Origin: Okamejei kenojei
Lineage: Eukaryota
Direction: 5' to 3'
DNA length: 64,000 bases
Assembly: GCA_035221665.1 (NCBI GenBank)
Contig: CM069135.1
Coordinates: 17,422,001 to 17,486,000, forward strand
The notes under the pieces are model-generated. The model did no database searches and had not been told where the DNA came from. It saw nothing but the letters and a program-made list of their open reading frames with translations. The position numbers were made by a program, and so were the translations under genes. Below, one piece after another: positions 49,574 through 60,220 of the stretch. Within the stretch, counting starts at the first letter, position 1, and each line of letters starts with the position of its first letter.

Positions 49574-52161
49574 AAACTAATCTTGATGGATTAGGCAGAT
49601 GGGCTCATGAATGGTTAATGGAATTTAAGACAGAGAGGTACGGGGTGTATTAGGTTGTCCAACCAGGGCAAGACCTACACAATGTATGGCAGGGCTCTGG
49701 GGTGTCTTGGAGTGCAGATACATTGCTCCTTGAAAGTGGAGTCGCAAGTTGAGAGGGTGGTCAAAAAGGGTTTTTGGTACATTAGCCTTCGTCAGAGTGT
49801 TGTGTATAGAAGTTGGGCGGTCATGTTACAGTTGTACAAGACATTGGTGAATCTGCATTTGGAGTGTTGTGTTCAGTTGTTCTAGGAATTATGTTGTTAA
49901 GCTGGAAAGGGTGCAGAGAAGATTTGCAAGGATGTGACCGGGACTCAAGGGCTTAAGGGAGGTTGAGCAGGCTTGGACTTTATTCCTTGGAGTGCAGAAG
50001 ATTGAGGAGTGATCATGTAGAGGTGTATGAGATCATGAGAGGAATAGAGAGGGTAAATGCACACAGTCTTTCACCCAGAATAGGGGAATCAAGAACCAGA
50101 GGACATACAGTGGTTTAAGGTGAGGGGGGAAGATTTAATAACAACCTGAGGGGCAACTTTTTATACAGAAAGGACGATACGTACACGGAATGAGCAACTG
50201 GAGGAGGTAATTGTGGCAGGTACTTTCACAATATTAAAAAAAACATTTGGACAGGTATGTGGATAAGATAGGTTTGGAACAATATGGGCACAGGCAGATG
50301 GGACTAATGTAGACAACGTGGGCAATTTGGGCCGAAGGGCTTGTTTCGACTGTATGACTCTCCATGACTCTCTGAAAGCAAGTTATTATTAATTGCTCTG
50401 AAAATTGTTCGTTATTAAAAAGAGAATTTGCGAAATGCTGACTAAAAGAGAAGAAATTAGGCCTTTTTTTATCAGTTAAGACCTTGTTGATGGTGATCAT
50501 CCATCTCATTCCAATTTGCATTGTCCTGTCTGTCACCTCTGCCGCTTTCCTCTTTATCTTGCAGCTCATTTAGAATGGCTTTAACCTTACTCTTTGAAAC
50601 GTATGCATTTTCTCCTTGTTTCCCTTGCAAAGATCCATTGCGAACAAGCTTCTCTTTCATTTATCCTTTGAGTTCGGCCTAAATCATCAGCTGGGGCAAA
50701 TCCAGTTGAGACTCGCAATGAAGCACGAGCCAGTATCCTTTCAAAAGATTGTTTAAAACTGAGCAAATAAGTACAAATGCCACAAAAAAAAGTTATAAAT
50801 CATACAGTGCTATAAAAAAATTACTGAAGATAGGGGTATTAAAGTACGACAAACTCTCCTTTGCTGATATGATCTCTGTGCTGTATCTTTCATTGCTTTA
50901 AGCCACAATGTTAATTTATGTTATATTCTCCTGCACCTCCTTTTAACTCTGAACATGTCCACAGTTCCCTTGCAACTTCTCAAAGTTTGTCCTGAACTCA
51001 TCAAACCATTATACCCATGACAGTTTGATTGATGCAGATATCCCTTTGTAACAACTGCATCCTGTTTTCCTGCCACAGGACCATGAACTGACTGTTAAAA
51101 GGAACGTTTGTTGTGCTAATGTTTGTACATCAAAGATGTTTTGATGGGGAAAAAAGTTTGAGCTTATCAGCATTATCAGCAGGTAGGTTGATGAATGAGT
51201 CTTACTTCAGTGATAATTTTGACATTTACCACATCCAAAGCCTTTTGGTGGTGGAAGCAGGTACACCAGATCTTGCTACTTGACATGATGCTACTGGCGA
51301 CATTTCCACATCGCAGAAGTCCAGAAGAGAAACTTACAGTTCTGTAAGTAAATACTTCAGGATTTCCTTTTGGCTTACAGGCGATTTGAAAACATTAGTA
51401 TTTATCCCATAGAATAAAACATTTTCATTCAGATTTCGGTTCACATGGTTCACATTCAGATTCCGTTCTCATTAAGTACTTGCTGAAGGTACACAGTTGC
51501 ATCACACTGCAGCCTCACCAGCAGTGTGTCTGTCATTTCGACTTTTTTGTTTATTTAGTATGTCTCAATGTATGTGTTAGTGTTTCTCAGTATGTTTTAT
51601 ATGGGGGGTGGGGGGCATTAATAGTAAGATTAAACGCAAACTTACCAGTTTGAAGTTTGATCTTTATTTTATGAGGAGTTGCGATGAGGGATTTCGTGAA
51701 GACCCCGCCAGGCACGCATGCGCGGCATTCTTCAAAGCAGCGGTGTGGAATCACAGAACTACCCAGAAATGAACTAATATAGTATGATTGAAGAGACTCT
51801 AATTACCAGCTGATCTTATAGTTGAGGGTTGGGAGCGGAGGGCACGAAATCCCTCATCGCAACTCCTCATAAAATAAAGATCAAACCTCAAACTGGTAAG
51901 CTCGTTTAATCTTACTATTTCATTTCGGAGTCACGTGAGTGAAGATTTCAAAGCTCTGTGATTACATGCCCTGGATCACGTCCATGCCCACACACTGCCG
52001 TAATACTGATGGAGGAAGTATGTTAACGTATTTCAGACTTGAACAAGCTGAAAAATAATAACATTATTGTTAATACAACAATAAACCCCTGAACTCGGGG
52101 ACAAATGCTTAGGGAACAGCACTTAAAACTGACTCCGCAACGTTGCAGGAGCGACCACAGG

Positions 52162-52940
52162 TTAGTTAAGAAACCGCTGAAATGTGGTTTCACTGGCCCA
52201 GCCCGCTATTGCGAGGACATGATCCATGAACACCTCCATGGTCCTCGCCGCTGATGTGGATGCAGCCCTGGTAGAATGACATTTTAAAATGTTTAGTGTC
52301 TTACCTGCTGCACCGAATACCACCTTGAGCCATCTGGAGATAGTCTGCACCGTCACCCTGTGACGTGGGCTTCCATAGCTGATAACAGATCTGCCTCCAT
52401 ATTCCTGATGGCCATTTTCAGACCTGTAGTCGCAGGTCTGTGTAGTTTAAGCAACTCTTTTATAAACAAGTTACTTTATTATGGGTCGATCATTCTATCC
52501 AGGTTTAATTCCTGTAGAGTCTGGACCCGTTGTGCTGTGTTCAGTGCCATTACCATCACTACTTAAAAGGTGAGTAAGTCCAGTGGTAAATCCGTCATAC
52601 GCGACCAGCTCCTGAGTAGGGTCATCACCACCCTTATATCTCAGGTAATATAATATTGTGGTCGGTGAGGGATGGATAGAACATATCCCTCATAGTTTGG
52701 ATACCAGCTGGTGAGATCCCACTCCAATGCTGAGATAGGATGACAGTGCACTCCTGGCACTGTAACTGAGGGACTCATCATAATGAAGACCCATGAGGAT
52801 GCCAGCACATTGGAGATTGTAGCAGATATGTAGGTGGTCTTGGTCCGACTACAGAAACCTCCATATCCTTATGTAGGTGAGGTACTGCTTCCTAGTGGAC
52901 TCTCTCTGCACGATGCTGTAAGACGTCCATAGTCCTTTAT
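52162..52940 (-). pseudogene. DIRS tyrosine recombinase remnant
   Basis: TISRWLK...CHSTRAASTSAA...LAIAGWASETTFQRF (HxxR and AGW motifs); upstream MVMALNTAQRVQTLQEL (RxxxL box) and STRKQY (N-terminal domain). Confidence 0.85.
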
Positions 52941-53177
52941 GTTGCAGAAATCTGGTTGCATTTCCTGCAACACCTGACTGATGAAGCAGAATGGGGAAAG
53001 CATAGAAATCGATTTCCCCCAATGTAGCGAGAACCTGTCCATCGTCACTGCCCCAGGATCTGGTTCTCAAGAGACACATATTGGTATCTAATGGTTCAAC
53101 CTGGACGCAAGGAGGTCGATATCTGGTGTTCCATATTAGGCTATAATTTTAGCAAATATTTGGAGGTTCAACATCCA

Positions 53178-53845
53178 CTAGGTGTCGTTATTAAATACTT
53201 GTGACCTGGTGTCCGCCACTGTATTGAGCTGAACCAAAAGGTACATAGCTGATATCCAAATATTTCTTTCAATGCACCAGAGCCAAATTAATTTCCCCAA
53301 TTCATCACAAGATATTGACTTGATACCACCCATAAGGTTTAAATATGCCACCTCAGTGGTATTATTTTGAAGATGGACATACGTATGCTGCAGATTAGTG
53401 CATTGAGCCCGCAGCCCGTGACATGCTCCCAGCATTTCTGAACAGTCCCAGCCTTGGTGCTTGCGTCGGTCTGTAACACGACTAATGGGTTTTATGTAAT
53501 GATGGGATTTAACAATCACAAACATTGCTAATCCACCATTGTAGCTCAATTTATGCCTTGATTGGCGGCTGCATAGGTTCGTAAACAATGTCCAGCATTC
53601 GCTATTAATGCTGAGATTTTGCTCTTTGCAAGCTTTGATAGTATAACGGCCCAATTATGTAGCTAGAATGTAGCTACAAGTTTACCAATTACCTTAGCAG
53701 CATATCTAATGGTCGGTTTCCTGGCGCAAGCAAGGCTGTTACATGCCTCTATAATGTCTATTGCTTTGTTCCCTGGGATAGTGACAATCAGACCCATGTA
53801 TCCCAGAATGTATGTAACCTCTCTCCTACTTGTGAGGTTATACAT
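53178..53845 (-). pseudogene. DIRS RT C-terminus / RNase H remnant
   Basis: KPTIRYAAKVIGKLVATF; HVHLQNNTTEVAYLNLMGG...IWLWCIERNIWISAMYL...NTVAD. Confidence 0.85.
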
Positions 53846-55274
53846 GCAGCACTTCCTAGAGAACCAGACCCCCTACCTCCATGGCTACCGGCGGGCCTGT
53901 CGTTCTGGTTCCTGGTGTTCCGTTGAATTGTGTTGAGGTGCTGCTGACGTGTAGGTCCTTACTGGTCTTTCAGGTGGCCCGAGGTCTTCCATATGATGTT
54001 TGCCTGCGCACTTCCGCCCTGCTGGAGGGAGGTGGGTTATCAACCCGACTGCCTCCATCTCCTAATCCAGGTCCTTGACCTGTATGGGCAGGTCCTCACC
54101 GAACAGCTGTCTCAGTGGTGGCGTCGCAGATGCCTTGTACAACCCCGCAAATATAGGGTTTAGGAGTCGGTTTAATGGCGATATTCCGGGAAGCGTTAAC
54201 TTCATGACTAATATCGCAAGAGCATCCTCCTGCTCTGCCGTCATTCCCGTACCGTCAACCGACCTGGCAAAGGCAGTAATCACCGACATCAGCAATTTCA
54301 GGATCTTTTGTAACTTCAGCTCCTGTGCCCTTATCCCGGGACTGTTGTTGCCCCAGATGGGCGTGTTGACTGTCGTACATTCAACGATATGCAGTTATTT
54401 GGGCTTTGTATCTGTTGATCGCCTTGGTAAGGACCTGTTCCTGCAGCTGGTGTGTGGTGAGATAGCCTATGCTAGCCCCTAATTTGGGCTGCAAAAGGCT
54501 GACCTGAGTGCTTCGGCTGGGCGAACTCGGAGACCACATTCAGCAGTTCCTCCTGGGTTTTCTCAGGTACTGCAGGTTCCTGCTCCACCCTTCTTACGTG
54601 TCAGCCAGCTGCTGATCCGTGGCATTCCCCACCAATGACGGGGACATGCTGGGTGACCCAGCCACATGTCTCCAGGACTGGAGGACATCTGGTCCAGCTG
54701 CAGAGATTGTGCTCTAGGATACGCTCCACCCTCTCCCCCCTCCCCCAGCTCCAATGGTGACCAGACTCTCATGCGGGACATAGACTGCCGCTAACGGCAA
54801 GGCTCCCGCCTGTGTGTGAGTCGGGGCCCCGGCTCTGTCTACTACCTCTATAGGGTAGCATAGCCGTTAGTCCGCGGTATACCTGTGGCCTGCGGCGTTG
54901 AGTCGGAGCTCCTGCTCTGCCTTTGCTGCCCGTGAATGGCAGTCTCCGAGCCCGGACCCTCCTGGTCCACGGGCTTGCCCGACTTCCGGGAGGTGTTGCC
55001 GTCAGCCCGTGGTGACCCTGCGGGCAGCGGTGTAGATTCGGGCTGCCGCTCTGCCGTCACTGCCTGCGAACGGCGAGTGTGAGCCCGGACCCTACGGGGT
55101 CAACGAGCTGCCCAACCTGCCTGGTGTAGAAATAAAGTCGGGGCAATGGCGTAAGTAAAATGAAAGAAGGACAGCAGGTTAGTTTTTTCTTACCTGCAGG
55201 TCCTTACAGTAGAGGAGCAACGCTCCTCAATGCCTGTCGCTCGCATGCGGTCGACGATATGTCGTGCATGCGTG

Positions 55275-55378
55275 GGTACACAAAAAGCTGGAGAAACTCA
55301 GCGGGTGCAGCAGCATCTAAGGAGCGAAGGAGATAGGCGACGTTTCGGGTCGAGACCCTTCTTCAGACGGGGCAATGG
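55275..55378 (-). mobile_element. Young Penelope-derived short insertion at the DIRS 5' end
   Basis: 92 bp (55277-55368) identical to 59708-59799; TSD gtcgtgcatgcgtg (55261-55274, 55379-55392). Confidence 0.9.
55339..55366 (-). ncRNA. Minimal hammerhead ribozyme motif (intact core)
   Basis: Minus strand: CUGAAGA A GGGU-CUCG-ACCC GAAA CG UC. Confidence 0.65.
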
Positions 55379-55439
55379 GTCGTGCATGCGTGCCTGGCGG
55401 GGTCTTCACCAAGTCACTCACGTGACTCCGAAATGAAAT

Positions 55440-56050
55440 CTACATTAAACTCCATTGACCATTCCTCAGCTAACTTGCCCAATGGGTCAAGATCCTGCTG
55501 TAATGTTGGATAATCATCTTTGCTCTCTATGATACCACCCACTTAACTTAGTACAGCATTGGAATGGGCCCTCTAGCCCACAATGTTTGTGCCGAACATG
55601 ATGGCAAGTTAAACTGATGTCCAGCCTGTAAATGATCTATATCCCTCTATTCTATGAACTTCCATGAGCCTATCCAAAAGCATCCTAAGCATTACTATTG
55701 TCTTCGCCATCTTCCCTGGTACCACGTTCCAGGTCATCATCACTCTCTGTGTAAAAAACGTGCTCTGCACATCTCCATTAAACTTTCTCCCTCTCATCAT
55801 AACTGTGCACTCTAGTGCATTTCCACCTTGGGAAAATGGTTCTGATTGTCTACCCTATCTATGTCTCTCATAATTTTATATGCTTCTTTCTAATCTATTC
55901 AACATTCTCATCCAAAACATTGATATAATCCACAAACAGCAACGGGCCCAGCTCCAATCCCTGTGACACACCACTAGTTGCGGGCCTCTAGTCTGATAAA
56001 CAACCCTTCACCACCACCCTCTGCATCTTTGCATTAAGCCAATTCTCTAT
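55440..56050 (-). mobile_element. Two decayed CR1 fragments (nested)
   Basis: MRGRKFNGDV...FFTQRVMMTWN; ggtgtgtcacagggattggagctggggcccgttgctg (PQGS-like). Confidence 0.7.
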
Positions 56051-56367
56051 CCAGTTGACATTTTCCCAAAATATCCATTCTCAATTTCAAATCCTTTCAT
56101 TCTTTCAATATCTCTGCCTGTCTCAGTACTTTCCTCTGCCATTTATTCCAGAACTTGAAGTTTTCAGTAACACTGAGTCACTCCTGCCTTCTCTGCTCAT
56201 CCTCATCAACATTCGAAGGAGTTCCCACAACCACCACATGCGCTTGCAAGTCACCAAAACGGTGGAAATTTCTATCTTGACATTTCCTTTTGTCCTTTAG
56301 ACCTTAGGCTTCTGAGATACAGTGCAGAAACAGGCCCTTCGGCCCACCAAGTCCACACTGACCAATG

Positions 56368-57344
56368 ACATAGAAACATAGAAACATAGAAATTAGGTGC
56401 AGGAGTAGGCCATTCAGCCCTTCGAGCCTGCACCGCCATTCAATATGATCATGGCTGATCATCCAACTCAGTATCCCGTACCTGCCTTCTCTCCATACCC
56501 TCTGATCCCCTTAGCCACAAGGGCCACATCCAACTCACTCTTAAATATAGCCAATGAACTGGCCTCAACTACCCTCTGTGGCAGAGAGTTCCAGAGACTC
56601 ACCACTCTCTGTGTGAAGAAAGTCTTTCTCATCTCAGTCTTTAAAGGATTTCCCCCTTATCCTTAAGCTGTGACCCCTTGTCCTGGACTTCCCCAACATC
56701 GGGAACAATCTTCCTGCATCTAGCCTGTCCAACCCCTTAAGAATTTTGTAAGTTTCTATAAGATCCCCTCTTAATCTCCTAAATTCCAGAGAGTATAAAC
56801 CAAGTCTATCCAGTCTTTCTTCATAAGACAGTCCTGACATCCCAGGAATCAGTCTGGTGAACCTTCTCTGCACTCCCTCTATGGCAATAATGTCCTTCCT
56901 CAGATTTGGAGACCAAAACTGCACGCAATACTCCAGGTGTGGTCTCACCAAGACCCTGTACAACTGAAGTAGAACCTCCCTGCTCCTGTACTCAAATCCT
57001 TTTGCTATGAAAGCTAACATACCATTCGCTTTTTTCACTGCCTGCTGCACCTGCATGCCTACTTTCAATGACTGGTGTACCATGACACCCAGGTCTCGCT
57101 GCATCTCCCCTTTTCCTAATCGGCCACCATTTAAATAATATTCTGCTTTCCTGTTTTTGCCACCAAAGTGGATAACCTCACATTTATCCACATTATACTG
57201 CATCTGCCAAACATTTGCCCACTCACCCAGCCTATCCAAGTCACCTTGCAGTCTCCTAGCATCCTCCTCACAGCGAACACTGCCCCCAGCTTAGTGTCAT
57301 CCGCAAACTTGGAGATATTGCCTTCAATTCCCTCATCCAGATCA
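56368..57344 (-). mobile_element. Young CR1/HER1-like LINE 3' ~1 kb
   Basis: Open 201-aa ORF 56634-57239 (DRLGEWANVWQMQYNVDKC...RPHLEYCVQFWSP...), KFADDTKLG at ~57290-57310, and tail. Confidence 0.95.
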
Positions 57345-57516
57345 TCCCCCTATGCTAAAACTATCCTAACCCTAGGGGCATTTTTACAATTTTACTGAAA
57401 CCAATTAACCTACAAACCTGTACGTCTTAGGAATGTGGGAGAAAACCGGAGCTCGCAGGGAAAACCCCTGTGGTCACAGGAAGAATGCACAAACTCCGTA
57501 CAGTCAGCACCCTTAG

Positions 57517-59225
57517 CAGGGCTGGATTTAGATGAAGAGAGGCTCTAGGCTATTCCACGAGAGGCCGCTCCCAATCCCCCACCCCAACGATGGCAGGAAG
57601 ATAGAAGAGTCCAGCAGACTGACACCGATGTGCAGCCGAGCGTGGCCAATGAGATAAGGGTTGGAAAGCTGCATTATTTATTTATTTATTTATTGCCAGT
57701 GCTAGTGTCGATTATTGCCTTAACACACTATTATTCTGAAATGGAGGGCAAGGAAAATTACTGAAGTGTTGTTTAGAGACTACAGTGCGTTGTGAAAAGC
57801 ATATGTAAGAAAGGCCAATGACAGTGTCAAAAATATTATACACCAGGCCCGTACGAAGTTTTTCAAAAAGGGGGGTGGCATGGCAGGATTACAAAAATTT
57901 TATGTGAAATAAGTGCACGCAGCGTATAACACAAGTGGGAAGCTCGAAGTCCGTTGCGGCCGCGTCCAGAGCCCTGGAAGTTCTGGGGTTTTAAATGCTC
58001 TCTGGTGCATTCTGAGCCTTATTTAGGAGCATTTTTGCACCAGATCTATGACCAATATTTCGGAAATAACTTTGGTTGAGTCAAGAGTAATGAATGGTTG
58101 GAATGGGATGATTGGGGTCATTGTTGTATACATTTTTTTTAATCAAGAATTGAAGTTGTCCTTGTTTTAATAATCAAGTTGTACTGTAAAATGTTATGTA
58201 AAATGTAATATAGGAGCATGCAAACACTGCAAATAAAATACTGTAAGTTTTTGCAGTAAATAAAACCTATTTTTAGAAAATGTTTTTGTGTTGATTTGAT
58301 TGCCTGTCACTGTTCGACTCTGTTAGTGTGTGCACATTAAAAATATGATGCAAAATGAAGGTGACAAACAATGGAATACATATTTTTCAGCATTGTTATC
58401 AAGGAAAAGAAAGCAGCTCCAATTGTTTGATATTATTCATGAGGAGAAAATATAATTGCTCTAAAACCTACCTTAATTTTGCAATCTCACTAAAGATAAT
58501 CCTCCTTTCCCTCTCCCCTCTCCTCCTTCCCCCTCCCTCTCCCTCCACCTCTCTATCTCTCCCCCCCTCACCCCCCCCCTCTCTCACCCCTCCCTCTCTA
58601 TCCCCCCTCTCTCAACCCCCCCTTTCCCCCTCTCACATCCCCTCCTCTCTCTCCCTCCCTCTCCCCCCTCTCCCTCCCACGCAGCGAGGCTATGACTCCG
58701 CGCCGCAGACACCACAACCCCCCCCCCTCCCCCCCGACCCAGAGAAACGGGCATTCCCGCAACGCAATATTCCACTACTTACCTGGAGTAGACATCGAGG
58801 ATCTTTGGTAGACACGAGGCATCGAGGTGATTGTGTTGAGTCCAAATGGAGATCTGAACCCGTCTGGGCCCACTGCGCACGTGCGGAAAGACAGCGTCAT
58901 TTTGCGTCGCCACTGTGTCACCGGCGTCCCCCAACTGCACAGGCGCGGATGGTCGCAATTTTTTTCCCCAAAATGCCAGCGGGCCGGAAGCAGAATTTTG
59001 AGTAATTTCCGTCAAAGTGGAAATGTTGATAGTGCTCCAATTTTTTTTTTTCTCAGGATTTTTTTTACTCTGCGAAAAAAACACCTTGGCCGGAGGCCCC
59101 CTAGATTTTGAGGCCCTAGGCTTTAGCCTACGAAGCCTATAGGTAAATCCGTCCCTGCCGAGGCCCCCCTAGATCTCGTGGCCCTAAGCTTAAGCTTGTG
59201 AAGCTTATATGCAAATCCGGCCCTG
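57517..59225. mobile_element. Non-autonomous hAT element
   Basis: TIRs cagggctggattt / aaatccggccctg; perfect 8-bp TSD acccttag (57509-57516, 59226-59233); no transposase seen; C-rich low-complexity tract at 58500-58680. Confidence 0.88.
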
Positions 59226-59704
59226 ACCCTTAGTCAAGATTGAACCCGGGCCTTGAAAAGCGCCTGGACCTGATGGTATACCCGGTCGTGTTCTAAAAAC
59301 CTGTGCGGACCAACTGGCTGGAGTTTTCACGGACATTTTCAACCTCTCTCTTCTGAGGTCTGAGGTCCCCACCTGCTTTAAAAGGGCAACAATTATACCA
59401 GTGCCCAAGAAGAGTAAGATGACGTGCCTCAATGACCAGTGGCACTAACGCCTATGGTGATGAAGTGCTTTGAGAGGTTGATCATGGAGCAAATCAACTC
59501 CTACCTTGACAAAAACCTGGACCCACTGCAGTTCGCTTACTGCCACAATAGATCAATGGTGGATGCAATCTCGCTGGCCCTCCACTCCGCTCTGGACCAC
59601 TTGGACAACAAAAACTCATATGTCAGGCTGCTACTTATCAATTACAGCTCAGCATTTAACACAATCATCCCCTCCAAGCTGGTTACCAAACTCTCAGAAC
59701 TGGG

Positions 59705-60220
59705 GGTTACACAAAAAGCTGGAGAAACTCAGCGGGTGCAGCAGCATCTAAGGAGCGAAGGAGATAGGCGACGTTTCGGGTCGAGACCCTTCTTCAGACT
59801 GGTCAGGGATCAGGGAAACGAGAGATATAGACGGTGATGTGGAGAGATAAAGAACAATGAATGAAAGATATGCAAAAAAGTATCGATGATAAAGGGAACA
59901 AGCCATTGTAAGCTGTTTGTGGTGTGAAAATGAGAAGCTAGTGTGACTAGGGTGGGGGAGGGAGATAGAGATAGAGGAATGCCAGGGCCCGAGGGCTGAG
60001 GCAGAGGTGGGAAGGGGAGGAGACAGCAAGGGTTAACAGAATTGAGAAAATTCAATGTTCAAGCCCAAAGGATGCAGACTCCTCAAGCGGAATATGAGGT
60101 GCTGTTCCTCCAACTTGCGGTGTTGCTCACTCTGGCCGTGGAGGAGGCCCAGGACCGAGAGGTCGGATATGGAATGGGAGGGGGAGTTGAAGTGCTGAGC
60201 CACCGGGAGGTCGGGTTGGG
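59705..60220 (-). mobile_element. Penelope-like element 3' end: GIY-YIG C-terminus, UTR and hammerhead
   Basis: QPDLPVAQHFNSPSHS...RKLEEQHLIFRLRSLHPLGLNIEF*; TSD tctc(a/t)gaactggg (59692-59704, 60221-60233). Confidence 0.9.
59770..59797 (-). ncRNA. Minimal hammerhead ribozyme motif (intact core)
   Basis: Minus strand: CUGAAGA A GGGU-CUCG-ACCC GAAA CG UC, on the same strand as the GIY-YIG ORF. Confidence 0.7.

Larger units (their letters stand above)
48030..50375 (+). mobile_element. Older CR1 LINE ORF2 (decayed) with nested SINE and Penelope-derived insert
   Basis: ITREIKALVKK, PGNYRPVSLTSVVG, NQHGFV, SKAFGKV, YKTLVNLHLECCVQ, then the 3' tail. Confidence 0.88.
51620..55438 (-). mobile_element. 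DIRS1-like tyrosine-recombinase retrotransposon (decayed, RT largely deleted)
   Basis: ITR core 51696-51721 / 55384-55409; ICR 51843-51942 is complementary to both termini; remnants of gag-like, RT/RNase H, methylase-like (FYAFP) and YR domains. Confidence 0.92.

Noticed and set aside
50472-50660. 62-aa hydrophilic ORF (MKEKLVRNG...)
   Set aside because: Short, with no recognisable homology or supporting gene structure, so not supportable as a CDS.
56634-57239. Intact host gene or active LINE
   Set aside because: Only the C-terminal part of CR1 ORF2 in a 5'-truncated copy, with a frameshift near the end.
58355-59005. 216-aa Pro/Ser-rich ORF
   Set aside because: Produced by a C/T low-complexity tract inside a non-autonomous hAT element; no domain signature.
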